Shown here: piece by piece, positions 9,821 to 19,641 of the stretch
Layout: each line of letters starts with the position of its first letter
How positions within the stretch are numbered: position 1 is the first letter of the stretch
DNA from: a virus
DNA: 64,000 bases
Virus record (IMG/VR): IMGVR_UViG_3300027852_000031
Coordinates: 26,250-90,249 of that record
Strand: one strand, 5' to 3'
Made by a program: the position numbers and the translations under genes
The notes under the pieces: generated by a model
What the model was told of the DNA's origin: nothing
The model's database searches: none
The model's input: the letters and a program-made list of their open reading frames with translations, nothing else

Positions 9821-11074
9821 ATGGCCAAGAAACAAATTGATATCGAGTTGGCTATTAAGTTATATAAGGGTGAGGGGAGGCCAACTACTGAGGTTGCCCC
9901 TATTGTGGGATGTTCTGTACAAACACTGATCAGCCGCTTCAGAGAAAATGACGTTGAAATACGCAGCGCTGGAGAATCAAGAGCTAAAGTTGATTTTGAC
10001 ACAATACGACACGAATACGAAGATCTTATGATGTCTACTACGGAAATCGCGAAGAAACATAATATGAACCCTGTTTCTATTTGGGAAAGATTGTCGAAAA
10101 ATGGTGTTAAAATGAGAGATCGGAAAGAAATGGTGACAAAAGCGAATCGTAAAATTTCAGAATCGGAACATCAGATTATTTGCGATCGATACCATACAAA
10201 CCAAAATGAAAGCTGCGCTGATATAGCCAAGGATTATGGTGTACACAAAACCACAATAGCACAAATTTTGAAAAAGCATGGTATTACCCCAGAGCACAAT
10301 GGTGCAAGGATTAAATCTTACAAGGGTGGTATAACACGACTGCATGATAGGATTCGCCATTGTGAGAAATCCGAATTTTGGCGAAAAGCATGCATGGAGA
10401 GAGATGACTATAAATGTCGCATTACTGGAAAAACTGGCAAGCTTGAAATTCATCATTATCCTGTCAGTTTTTCGAAAGCTTTTAACACATTCTTAAAGCA
10501 GTATCCAGAGCTAAATCCGATAGAAGATTGTGATAAATTGTTTGCATTGTCCCAAGCCTATGAGCCATTTTGGGATATTGACAATGGCATGACAGTAACG
10601 GAAGATATGCATAAGAGATTGCATATGCATAATGGGATTGGGGACGAAGAACTTTTAGCTTTATATAATAAGGGATGGTCGTGTCAGAAAATTTCTAAGC
10701 ACTTTGGCAAATCATTATCATTTGTGCGAGCAAGATTCCTGGCTATAGGACAAGGCCGAAGATGCGCTGGTTTTTATAGTAAGAATAGATTTGAAATTCC
10801 AGAAGATACTAAGTCTGGTGTACTAGAAGCGTATGTTCGTGGTGAAGCAATTGGGGCAATATGTAACAGATACGGAATTGCTAGTAGCACTTTATACAAA
10901 ATTCTGAAAGACAATAATATAACACCAGGTAACAGAAAAAAGTTGGTAGAAAGTCGAGCAAGACAAGAAAGGGACAGGGTTGTGCATTTAAGAGGTGTCG
11001 GGGTAACAATTTCTGAATTGGCTCGAATGTATGAGGTAAGCGAAACAACTATCCGCAATATTTTGAAACCATAA
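9821..11074 (+). CDS. HNH homing endonuclease with six HTH-like repeats
   Basis: Central WRKACMERDDYKCRITG...LEIHH...DNGMTVTEDMHKRLH; three HTH-like units on each side. Confidence 0.8.
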   Translation: MAKKQIDIELAIKLYKGEGRPTTEVAPIVGCSVQTLISRFRENDVEIRSAGESRAKVDFDTIRHEYEDLMMSTTEIAKKHNMNPVSIWERLSKNGVKMRDRKEMVTKANRKISESEHQIICDRYHTNQNESCADIAKDYGVHKTTIAQILKKHGITPEHNGARIKSYKGGITRLHDRIRHCEKSEFWRKACMERDDYKCRITGKTGKLEIHHYPVSFSKAFNTFLKQYPELNPIEDCDKLFALSQAYEPFWDIDNGMTVTEDMHKRLHMHNGIGDEELLALYNKGWSCQKISKHFGKSLSFVRARFLAIGQGRRCAGFYSKNRFEIPEDTKSGVLEAYVRGEAIGAICNRYGIASSTLYKILKDNNITPGNRKKLVESRARQERDRVVHLRGVGVTISELARMYEVSETTIRNILKP

Positions 11075-11124
11075 ATTTTGACATATATCTATGTAATATA
11101 GTTTCATCATTTTCATGTTGCACC

Positions 11125-11156
11125 AAACCCGTCTGTTGACGGGTTTTATTTTTTTT
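11125..11156 (+). terminator. Rho-independent terminator
   Basis: AAACCCGTC-tgtt-GACGGGTTT followed by a T-rich run. Confidence 0.8.
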
Positions 11157-11160
11157 CTTG

Positions 11161-11168
11161 GTGTATAA
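11161..11168 (+). promoter_or_regulatory. GTGTATAA putative late promoter
   Basis: Motif directly after the terminator, before the neck gene cluster. Confidence 0.6.
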
Positions 11169-11179
11169 CTTTATAGCTA

Positions 11180-11587
11180 ATGAAAGGTCTTTTTTGGGGT
11201 AATATATTGTTATCGGACGACAAAATACAGATTTTATATGGTGAAGGTTTTAGCTGTGCAGATATAGCTGCCAGGGTCGGATGTAGTGAAACATCAATAT
11301 ATAATCGTCTAAAATTATTGAATACGCCGATGAGAACACGATCAGAAGCCAATCAGTTATTCCCAGATTCGATATTTATTGCCCTATACAATATTGGATT
11401 ATCATCTTCACAAATAGGTAGAATTCTTGGTGTAAATGCATCTACAGTTACGAAGCGATTGCACACGCTGAATTTTCCGTTAAGATCCAGGTCTGTTGCA
11501 TCCGGAATAAGATATACGGAAAAAGAATTCGTTGACAAATTTATGACTACTGATATGGTAGATCAAATTACGGAACTAATACATTAA
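11180..11587 (+). CDS. Tandem HTH DNA-binding protein (possible endonuclease remnant or regulator)
   Basis: Two repeats: LYGEGFSCADIAARVGCSETSIYNRL and LYNIGLSSSQIGRILGVNASTVTKRL. Confidence 0.7.
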   Translation: MKGLFWGNILLSDDKIQILYGEGFSCADIAARVGCSETSIYNRLKLLNTPMRTRSEANQLFPDSIFIALYNIGLSSSQIGRILGVNASTVTKRLHTLNFPLRSRSVASGIRYTEKEFVDKFMTTDMVDQITELIH

Positions 11588-11601
11588 TAACGGAGGTTAT
11601 T

Positions 11602-11952
11602 ATGTCTTTAACTGGACGATCAATTGTAGAATTGGAATTTTATCCAGATGCACCACCTGCTGTCGTTGGTGAATTGACCACTGGCAAGACGGTAAATATC
11701 GAACTTTGGAAAGACGGAGATCCTGTCATTATTGCGTCTAGCGGTTGCTCAGAAATCGACTCGACAGGTCAGTATAGTTGGTCAACTGGTAATATTGCCA
11801 CCATATCAACTACTCGCGAACAATTTCATTGGCGAATGTCTGATGGTTTGGGTGACGACGACAATGGCGATTTTGTTTTATTTTCTAATGAAGGTCGTGA
11901 TGGAGGTATGCCCTCTCTGAACGATAAAGCTGATTATATTAAAAGTATTTAA
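11602..11952 (+). CDS. Small structural protein, stand-alone paralogue of the C-terminal domain of 12567..15830
   Basis: PDAPPAVVGELTTGKTVNIELW vs PDYSPQLLGSLTNATSVTIQIW; TGQYSWST vs TGRWAWST; DYIKSI vs DYIKRI. Confidence 0.7.
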   Translation: MSLTGRSIVELEFYPDAPPAVVGELTTGKTVNIELWKDGDPVIIASSGCSEIDSTGQYSWSTGNIATISTTREQFHWRMSDGLGDDDNGDFVLFSNEGRDGGMPSLNDKADYIKSI

Positions 11953-11971
11953 TATCAATGTGGGAGGTATC

Positions 11972-12517
11972 ATGGCATGGAATGTTGAACTCACATGGAT
12001 GGTTAGAATTCTCATCGGAGATATTGATAGTCCACAGAAGTATACAGATGAATATATTCAACGGGTTATCGTTACTTCTGCGATGATTGTTGACGCGGAA
12101 GTATCTTTTGCATACGACTATACATATAATATTGAAGATATTACTATTTCGCCAGATCCGGTAGAACTTAATGATTCAGTTTTCATAGCCTTGGTTCCTC
12201 TGAAAGCAGCATGTCTGATCACACAGGGCGAATTTAAACAGGCGATTGGCCAGGGTATTAAAGTGAGAGACGGCGACAGTGCTATAGATACAAGCGTTAG
12301 TTTTAAGGGGTATAGCGATATATTGAAATATGGTCCCTGTGCATCATATGAAAGCCTGAAATGGACATTACAAGCGTCCGGTGCAACAACTGGCGGCGGT
12401 GTGGGGCAAGCCGTTTTGGGTCCAAACAGGGCTCCCGGACAACGGGGTTTTAATTCTATTTCATGGTATTATGATCAATTTGCTATTAATCGAACTGGGC
12501 GAAGATATAGACCATAG
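11972..12517 (+). CDS. Putative head-tail adaptor
   Basis: VRILIGDIDSPQKYTDEYIQ resembles adaptor N-termini; position after capsid genes; GGAGG RBS before ATG 11972. Confidence 0.6.
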   Translation: MAWNVELTWMVRILIGDIDSPQKYTDEYIQRVIVTSAMIVDAEVSFAYDYTYNIEDITISPDPVELNDSVFIALVPLKAACLITQGEFKQAIGQGIKVRDGDSAIDTSVSFKGYSDILKYGPCASYESLKWTLQASGATTGGGVGQAVLGPNRAPGQRGFNSISWYYDQFAINRTGRRYRP

Positions 12518-12566
12518 AATATATTAATTGTAGTTTATTTTACTCAAACAGATAGAGGTATGCAAT

Positions 12567-15500
12567 ATGTCAGCTTCTGGAATACTTAGGTCCGATAACG
12601 TTATATTTTATCATCCGTTTGATAATTTAACAGAATATACCCAGAATCAATCATGGAGCGGTGATGCTGGTTTTACGGCTGGTAAAATAGATGATGCGAT
12701 ATATGCTGCTGCTTCTGATTCGTTTAGCTTTGGGGCAGAACAGAGTGGAGAGAGTATTAGGCCCAAAACGCTATGTCTTGGTCTTGATGAAAGCAACGTT
12801 TTATTTATAGGCGATTTAGACCAAACAGTTGGTACTGTGAGTGGTGATTCAATTGTATATTCCCCAGAAGACGGTGTAGCCATAGGTAGTCAAGAAATTT
12901 TTGGTACTGTTATGGACTGGGATGGCAGCGATGGCCATGCTGTTATCTTTATGCACTATTATGGTCGGACACACCTTCTGACGATAACTGATGGTGGCGA
13001 TACTATTACTGGAAGTAGCGTGTGGTATCCAGATGGAAGTAATCCAACGACATTCGGTGATGTTGCGACTATAGATTCAACGCACTTTTTAATGGCCACA
13101 TCAGTATTGGGTGGTACTCGTGCTGTTGTGGCAACACGTACTGGTGGATCATTTGCATATGGATCGGCCAATGCTTTTCCGTCTACTGTAGAAATTGCAG
13201 CAGTGGAAACTTTTGATTCTTCTAAGGGTATATTCTTATACAACCAGGGATCAAACACTGGCGGCGCAATGGTTTGTTCTATTAGTGGAGATACTGTTAC
13301 TTTTGGAAGTGGTGTTCAGATTTCTAATAGTAATGAATTTGTTATTAGTACAACATATAAAGAGTGGGCTAGCTTAACACCAATAGATTCGTCGACAGCG
13401 CTAGCACTATGGCAATACAATTCTATAGGTTATGGATCTGTTCTGTCTATTAGTGGTGAAACCATAACGTCGGGTGCTATTACAACATTTGAGCCAGACA
13501 CAGGATCTAGATTACAAGAATTACGTGCTGACTATATGGGCGATAACAAAGTGTGCTTGTCGTATCTTCATCAACCAGGTGCCGTTAATAAGCAGTTTGT
13601 TCGCGTAGCGACAGTAAGTGGAACTACGGTTTCATTTGGTGACAAGGTGGAAGTTGGTGGTAATATTGCAGGTATGGTCAGTCCAAGCATAGCATCGCTT
13701 AATTCGACTTCATGTATCGCTGGATTTGAAAGTGCATCGGATATTCAATCGGCCAAAATAGGCGGTTTGGATCAATTAGCCAATATAGAATCTATATCTG
13801 GCACATATCCAACAATGAGTGGTGCAACTCGCATAACAAACGCTATGTGGGTTAAAAATCCAACGATTGAGTCTACACAAGTCGATATAGATAGGGGCTT
13901 GGGTTTTGGGTATAGCGGTTCTGGTGATTTGCAAATAACCATGCCATATAGTGGATCTGTACATTGGACAGCTAGTGGTGTAGGCAGTACACTCAATGAT
14001 GGAGAAAGTCATCTTATTATTGTAGACGCAGAACATGAGGCGAGTGGTGTGTGGCGACTTTCTTTGTCACTTGATGGTGGAAACTGGTCTGATTATGGTA
14101 CAGGAAGTGGCACGCAACCAATCCCAACAACAGATACTGCTCCCAAATTTGAGCTATCTAACGGAGAGTCGAATCAGTGGGTGGATGAACTTGTTCTATG
14201 GGGTGGAGACAAAACTACTTTCACCAAGTTTACCGACAGAGAGTTGTTCAATCTAAATTCTTTGGCTAATTATTACGGCCAACCGATGTACGAATACAGT
14301 AACACAGACTTTATACTAGGAACATCTAGTATATCTGGTAATTTATACACACAGGCTAGTGCTTATAAGTTGGTAGAAATTGATTTATTTGTAAAGACAA
14401 TAGAATTTAAGTCTGATGTATTGAATTTGTTTGTTGAGGGATATGGTCCCAAACCAGCTAGTGGTTCAATATCGTTGGTAATGAATGCACACTCATCATT
14501 TGGATCTGATAGCGACCTATATTGGGTTGAAGCCGGAATAGGTAAAATTCGATCATCTGGACTCGACGGTGGAGATGCGTCTGATTTAATTACAACCGGT
14601 TTGAACCAACCGATGGGAATTTGTTTGGATCTTATTGGCCAAAGAATGTATTATTCCGATTACGGAACAGACACGATAAAACGTGCTAATCTCGATGGAT
14701 CAGCAGAAGAAACTATCGTTACTGGGTTAAGTGTGCCAAGAGAAGTTGTTGTAGACCCGGATGGTGGCAAAGTGTATTGGGCAGATGGCGGCGCCAACAA
14801 CATACAACGATCTGATCTTGATGGATCTAATAAGGAGGTTTTAGTTAGTTCTGTCGAAGGTTTTGGAATCGATATTGATACCACCAATGATAAATTGTAT
14901 TTTACTTCAGCTGATGCTGCTGGATCTATCCTCAAGTCGGATATGGATGGTAGTAATGTCGAATATATTATTTCTGGATCACTGTCGTATCCACGCCCAC
15001 TAGTATTAGATAACGATTCTCAACATATCTATTGGGCTAATTATTATATTGGAAACCTGGTAGAAATTGTTCGTGCAGATTTCGATGGTGGTAATCAAAC
15101 AATTATTTTCCCAAGTGGAATGGGATATGCTAACATATATGGTCTAGCAATTGATACCATTAATGGCCATTTGTATGTTTCGGACTACCTCAGAGATGAT
15201 ATTACCAGAATTGATCTGGATGGTAGCAACCAAACTATCATTGTGACTAATCTTTCAGATCCGCGAGGAATAGCTGTCAATATTGGTTCTCCACCATATG
15301 TGGATCTATTCATAGAAGGTATAGATTCGATACAGGTGTCTAGTTCCGGCGATTTATTTATTGATAGCTACGATATCGATAACGATAATATAGACCTATA
15401 CATGAATGGCGAATCAATTTTACCATTCAGTGGCAGTATGCCCCTATTCACTGTATCTTCGGGTCCGCCGACATCTGGTGCAGATGTTAGACAAATCGAT

Positions 15501-15830
15501 ACGCTATTGAGAACGCCAGATTATTCGCCCCAATTGCTGGGTAGTTTAACAAATGCAACAAGCGTAACGATACAAATTTGGGAAATTACTGGTGGACAAA
15601 ATACCCCATTAACTTTGTCGTCTAGCGACTGTTACCAGATAGGCGATACGGGTAGATGGGCATGGTCAACATCGAATTTACCACTCACGGAGACCAGACA
15701 GCTACAATATCTATATCTTATGACCGCCGACACAAGCGATACATTCTCTGGACAATTCTTTATGGATTATCCAGAATCTACAAAATGGATTTATCCAAAC
15801 AACCAAACGGACTATATCAAGAGAATATAA
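12567..15830 (+). CDS. Multidomain virion protein: LamG-like, repeat propeller, YWTD propeller, LxIxG repeats, C-terminal anchor domain
   Basis: Six YWTD-like blades (LYWVEAG, MYYSDYG, VYWADGG, LYFTSAD, IYWANYY, LYVSDYL); LamG-like NAMWVK...LSLDG...DELVLW. Confidence 0.7.
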   Translation: MSASGILRSDNVIFYHPFDNLTEYTQNQSWSGDAGFTAGKIDDAIYAAASDSFSFGAEQSGESIRPKTLCLGLDESNVLFIGDLDQTVGTVSGDSIVYSPEDGVAIGSQEIFGTVMDWDGSDGHAVIFMHYYGRTHLLTITDGGDTITGSSVWYPDGSNPTTFGDVATIDSTHFLMATSVLGGTRAVVATRTGGSFAYGSANAFPSTVEIAAVETFDSSKGIFLYNQGSNTGGAMVCSISGDTVTFGSGVQISNSNEFVISTTYKEWASLTPIDSSTALALWQYNSIGYGSVLSISGETITSGAITTFEPDTGSRLQELRADYMGDNKVCLSYLHQPGAVNKQFVRVATVSGTTVSFGDKVEVGGNIAGMVSPSIASLNSTSCIAGFESASDIQSAKIGGLDQLANIESISGTYPTMSGATRITNAMWVKNPTIESTQVDIDRGLGFGYSGSGDLQITMPYSGSVHWTASGVGSTLNDGESHLIIVDAEHEASGVWRLSLSLDGGNWSDYGTGSGTQPIPTTDTAPKFELSNGESNQWVDELVLWGGDKTTFTKFTDRELFNLNSLANYYGQPMYEYSNTDFILGTSSISGNLYTQASAYKLVEIDLFVKTIEFKSDVLNLFVEGYGPKPASGSISLVMNAHSSFGSDSDLYWVEAGIGKIRSSGLDGGDASDLITTGLNQPMGICLDLIGQRMYYSDYGTDTIKRANLDGSAEETIVTGLSVPREVVVDPDGGKVYWADGGANNIQRSDLDGSNKEVLVSSVEGFGIDIDTTNDKLYFTSADAAGSILKSDMDGSNVEYIISGSLSYPRPLVLDNDSQHIYWANYYIGNLVEIVRADFDGGNQTIIFPSGMGYANIYGLAIDTINGHLYVSDYLRDDITRIDLDGSNQTIIVTNLSDPRGIAVNIGSPPYVDLFIEGIDSIQVSSSGDLFIDSYDIDNDNIDLYMNGESILPFSGSMPLFTVSSGPPTSGADVRQIDTLLRTPDYSPQLLGSLTNATSVTIQIWEITGGQNTPLTLSSSDCYQIGDTGRWAWSTSNLPLTETRQLQYLYLMTADTSDTFSGQFFMDYPESTKWIYPNNQTDYIKRI

Positions 15831-15848
15831 TATGAATATGGATGTGTA

Positions 15849-18800
15849 ATGGCACTACTTGGTACGCCAATTTTATTTAATGACGGAAGATGTTTGCAAG
15901 GGAGTATATCTCGACTCTCAGACGACGAATATGTTATAGTTTATTCTGACACCGATGCGAATACCAGCAAAGTAGTAGTTTGTGATAGAACATACCTAGA
16001 TGTTTCGGTCGGATCTGGAAATATATTCATAAATGGGTCAACACCATATTTAGATGCAGATTCTGTGCCTACTGGTTTTATTTGGCCATCCGGTGATTCC
16101 GATCGTATTTATGCATATGGTAAAGATGCCGATGGTGTTGAAACAACTGCTGGATGGGGTGTTCAGAAGTGCGGAAGTGTAAGTGGCAAAACGGTTGTAT
16201 GGGGCACACCGAAATATTACATGGATAATGTTCGTCAAGATCGATGCAGTTTGACTTCCATAAATTCGGGACATATAGGCGTATCGTTTCATTACGAACA
16301 GCTTAATCAACTTAGATGTTATTCTGCGGATGTAGATGAAAATAATGATATAACAATTAGTGCGGTCAAGGTCGCAGAAGCTGTTGCTGGCGTTTCATCT
16401 AATCAATCACAAGTGATAGATTCTGATAATGCTTTAGCTATCGTTAGTTATAGACACGAGCAACAAACAGGAGGATTTCCGATAGAATACTCCTGCTATG
16501 GTAAAGTTCGTCTAATAGATTATTCAGCATCGCCACCGGCATCGTATTCAAGTACGGAGTTTTTTACTCCAACCGTAGCAGAGAAATGTCCAAATGGCAT
16601 GAGAATATGTGTCTTAGATCCACAAACATTTGTTTTAGGTTATAGCCACACCGAATCGCCAGAAAGTGGAATTATGGTTGTTGGTTCTATAATAGGAACC
16701 GACATTTCGTTTGGAAAACGATACGCCTTCGCACCTGGCAATTGCATACCATACATTAGCCAGCAAAGAATAGGTGACAATAGATTTATATTTACATACT
16801 CAGATGTGAATGATTCATACAAAGGAAAGTGGGTAGTTGGTGAGGTATCTGGTACTGAAATATCATACGTACAATCTGGTATTTTTAGTGAGCTACCAAT
16901 ATACAACGACCCATTAGGAAGTGCCCAGTGTACTACCTTAGACAGCAACGTGGTTGCTATATCATATTGTCAGTCCGGAAGTGCTAGTGGCTATACAGTG
17001 CTCCTTGATATAAATGCAGTCGGTGACGATAGTGATCTATACATCGATGGATATGGTGGTATTTCTGGCTCTATTTACATGCTAGTTCATACCGGACACA
17101 CCGACAGCGTCGGTAACAACGATTTATTTATTGATGGCTATGAAAGCCAAAGTTCATCAACCGATCTGGTAATATACCAACCACACGAACCCACAGACAA
17201 TAACGCTGAATTATTTGTCGAAGGTAATGGGTCGATAATAGTGGATGCTATGTTGTATGTGGGTGGTGTAGATGTCGTTACCACTGATATCCCACTTACT
17301 ATATATGGACAACAAAGTCATTCACAAAACATAAGTTTATTCATTAACCCATATGCGGCTGATAGCGACTATGTCGATTGTTTCGTGTCTGGAAAAGATA
17401 ACACGAACAATAGTGTACAATTTGTCATACCAGGTAAGACAAACGAATTTAGCAATACAGATTTGTTAATTAATTCACACTTATCAACCAGTGGATATTT
17501 TGATATTTTTGAATATGGTTTTGATGTGTCAAGTGGGTCCGGTGATCTGGTTTTACCTTTAACACATGGAATATATAATGAGATTGGAGAACTATATGTT
17601 GGTGGCTTAGACGTAAACAACAAGAATTTTGATGCATATGTGTATGGCAAAAAGGTATTTAACAATTCTGTAGATTTAGTAGTACCAATTGTACGGGATG
17701 TCTTATCAAGCCAAGTCGATTGTTACGTTTGTGGGGTTGATACGGACAGTGCATCGGCAGATATGTATCTGTACGGTGACAACACTATTTCGACTTCATT
17801 AGATTTATTCATAGATGGGTTTGGTAATATCAGTGATACTGTCGATCTGTTCGTACAAAGCGAAGACAATACGAATATATATGGTCAAATTACGCTTATT
17901 ATATATGGGATAAGTCTACTATCGACATCTGGCGATCTGTACATAAAAGGTTCGCTTACTGAGAGTGCAACTCTTGAGCTATGTATAGCCGGACAAGTTA
18001 ATAGAACTGATTCTTGTGACTTGTATGTGGGCGGTTATGATACACAATCAGAATCTACTTATTTATATACAGACGCATTGGCCAGAACATATAACGATAC
18101 CAATCTATTTACCACAGGATATCGACCAGACTATAATCAACACGACCTAGTGGTGGGTGGATACAACTTCTGTAGTGGTAGCGTCAATCTTTTCACTTTT
18201 GGAGAAAGTCAATATATTAACGTTAATACATGGTTGTATCTACACGGGAAAAGTGTTTCTTATGAAGAATTGGATTTATACATCAATGGAATTAATTTGG
18301 TTACAAATTCAGCCGATTTGTTCATCACTGGATCTGGTACGGGTATGATGTCAGATAATATGTCGTTATTCATTAATGGATACGAACCAATCGAACCACC
18401 ATCTTGTCCGATTCTTGATCCAACATCTGCTATTCAGATTAAAGATGAACTAATAACAACTTACCAAAGGTATATTGACTCGTTGGTTAACCAACTGGGC
18501 AAAAATGTATATTTGGAATTTGATCCAATACAGCAAATGTGCCCGAACTGTGAATATGATACTTTAAGAAAAAGGTCGACTGGAATATACAGGACAGGTG
18601 GTCCACGTCCATTCGATAGAGGAAAGAAATGTCCATACTGCAAGGGTCGTGGATTTATCGAGACACCTGTAAATAAATGCATCAAATGTCTAATCAAATG
18701 GAATCCAAAGGATGCAAACAATTTTGGTATTTCAGTCAGCAAAACAAAAGGTATCGTTAGACTCAAAACCTACCTAACTGAAGCTGACGATTTATCAAGG

Positions 18801-18929
18801 GCACGTACAGTGTTGGTAAACCATGATATTAAAAGTCAATTACATTTAAGGGTTCGACTTTTGAGGGGGCCAATACCTGTTGGATTGCGTGAAGATAGAT
18901 ATTGTATAAGTTTCTGGGAGTTGGTATAA
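15849..18929 (+). CDS. Virion protein: propeller plus LxIxG repeat shaft fused to neck/head-closure-like C-terminal domain
   Basis: About 30 repeats of ~15 aa (DLYIDG, DLFIDG); C-terminal CPNC...CPYCKGRG region followed by IKWNPKD...VRLKTY. Confidence 0.6.
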   Translation: MALLGTPILFNDGRCLQGSISRLSDDEYVIVYSDTDANTSKVVVCDRTYLDVSVGSGNIFINGSTPYLDADSVPTGFIWPSGDSDRIYAYGKDADGVETTAGWGVQKCGSVSGKTVVWGTPKYYMDNVRQDRCSLTSINSGHIGVSFHYEQLNQLRCYSADVDENNDITISAVKVAEAVAGVSSNQSQVIDSDNALAIVSYRHEQQTGGFPIEYSCYGKVRLIDYSASPPASYSSTEFFTPTVAEKCPNGMRICVLDPQTFVLGYSHTESPESGIMVVGSIIGTDISFGKRYAFAPGNCIPYISQQRIGDNRFIFTYSDVNDSYKGKWVVGEVSGTEISYVQSGIFSELPIYNDPLGSAQCTTLDSNVVAISYCQSGSASGYTVLLDINAVGDDSDLYIDGYGGISGSIYMLVHTGHTDSVGNNDLFIDGYESQSSSTDLVIYQPHEPTDNNAELFVEGNGSIIVDAMLYVGGVDVVTTDIPLTIYGQQSHSQNISLFINPYAADSDYVDCFVSGKDNTNNSVQFVIPGKTNEFSNTDLLINSHLSTSGYFDIFEYGFDVSSGSGDLVLPLTHGIYNEIGELYVGGLDVNNKNFDAYVYGKKVFNNSVDLVVPIVRDVLSSQVDCYVCGVDTDSASADMYLYGDNTISTSLDLFIDGFGNISDTVDLFVQSEDNTNIYGQITLIIYGISLLSTSGDLYIKGSLTESATLELCIAGQVNRTDSCDLYVGGYDTQSESTYLYTDALARTYNDTNLFTTGYRPDYNQHDLVVGGYNFCSGSVNLFTFGESQYINVNTWLYLHGKSVSYEELDLYINGINLVTNSADLFITGSGTGMMSDNMSLFINGYEPIEPPSCPILDPTSAIQIKDELITTYQRYIDSLVNQLGKNVYLEFDPIQQMCPNCEYDTLRKRSTGIYRTGGPRPFDRGKKCPYCKGRGFIETPVNKCIKCLIKWNPKDANNFGISVSKTKGIVRLKTYLTEADDLSRARTVLVNHDIKSQLHLRVRLLRGPIPVGLREDRYCISFWELV

Positions 18930-19630
18930 TGCCCAAAATACGTGTAAAATTAGAATTATCCGCAAAGTCAAAAACACAATTGGTCCAAGGTATTAAGCGC
19001 GATGGATCAAAAGCAATGGCATCACGAGTATTGACAGCAGCATCTGTTATAAGTAAAGAAATAGGTGCCATGTTAGTAGGAGTTTTTAATAATACAGAAG
19101 TAGCAAGATCTTTGCGAGGAACTGGTTCGGAAGATTTGCAGTCTCATTTTGGGTTGGATGACAACACGGCAAATACGATGGTAGACGGGATGGCTGAGTT
19201 GATTAGATCATCTGTTAAAATTTCAACGAAAACTACTGGTGGGTCAGAAGTCGCAATACGTGTTCAAGCTATAGAGGATAGTTGGGGTGATTATCTTTCG
19301 TTACCAGGAGCGGAGTATATTTCGCAACCATCGGATATAACAATTCCTGTCATGCGATGGCTTCTCGTTGACCCTACCATAGATATAGGTCAGGCTGCGT
19401 ATGATATTGTTTTCCAGGGAGATGATAATAATCTAGATGTTACAATACAAAAAGTATCGCGTAGTGGACGTGCGATTATGGTGTCATTAGAAAAGCTTGG
19501 TGGTGGTGGTGGTTATGTACTACCATCGATTATTTCTGGTAAAGCTGGTAAGAATTTCATAGAATATACACTGGGACAGCAGGAGGTAGCAATTAAGGCT
19601 GCTGAAATACTAGTCAAACGTATCAGATAG
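18929..19630 (+). CDS. Putative neck/tail-completion protein
   Basis: TAATG coupling to the previous gene; position in head-tail joining block. Confidence 0.5.
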   Translation: MPKIRVKLELSAKSKTQLVQGIKRDGSKAMASRVLTAASVISKEIGAMLVGVFNNTEVARSLRGTGSEDLQSHFGLDDNTANTMVDGMAELIRSSVKISTKTTGGSEVAIRVQAIEDSWGDYLSLPGAEYISQPSDITIPVMRWLLVDPTIDIGQAAYDIVFQGDDNNLDVTIQKVSRSGRAIMVSLEKLGGGGGYVLPSIISGKAGKNFIEYTLGQQEVAIKAAEILVKRIR

Positions 19631-19641
19631 AAGGAAATACA

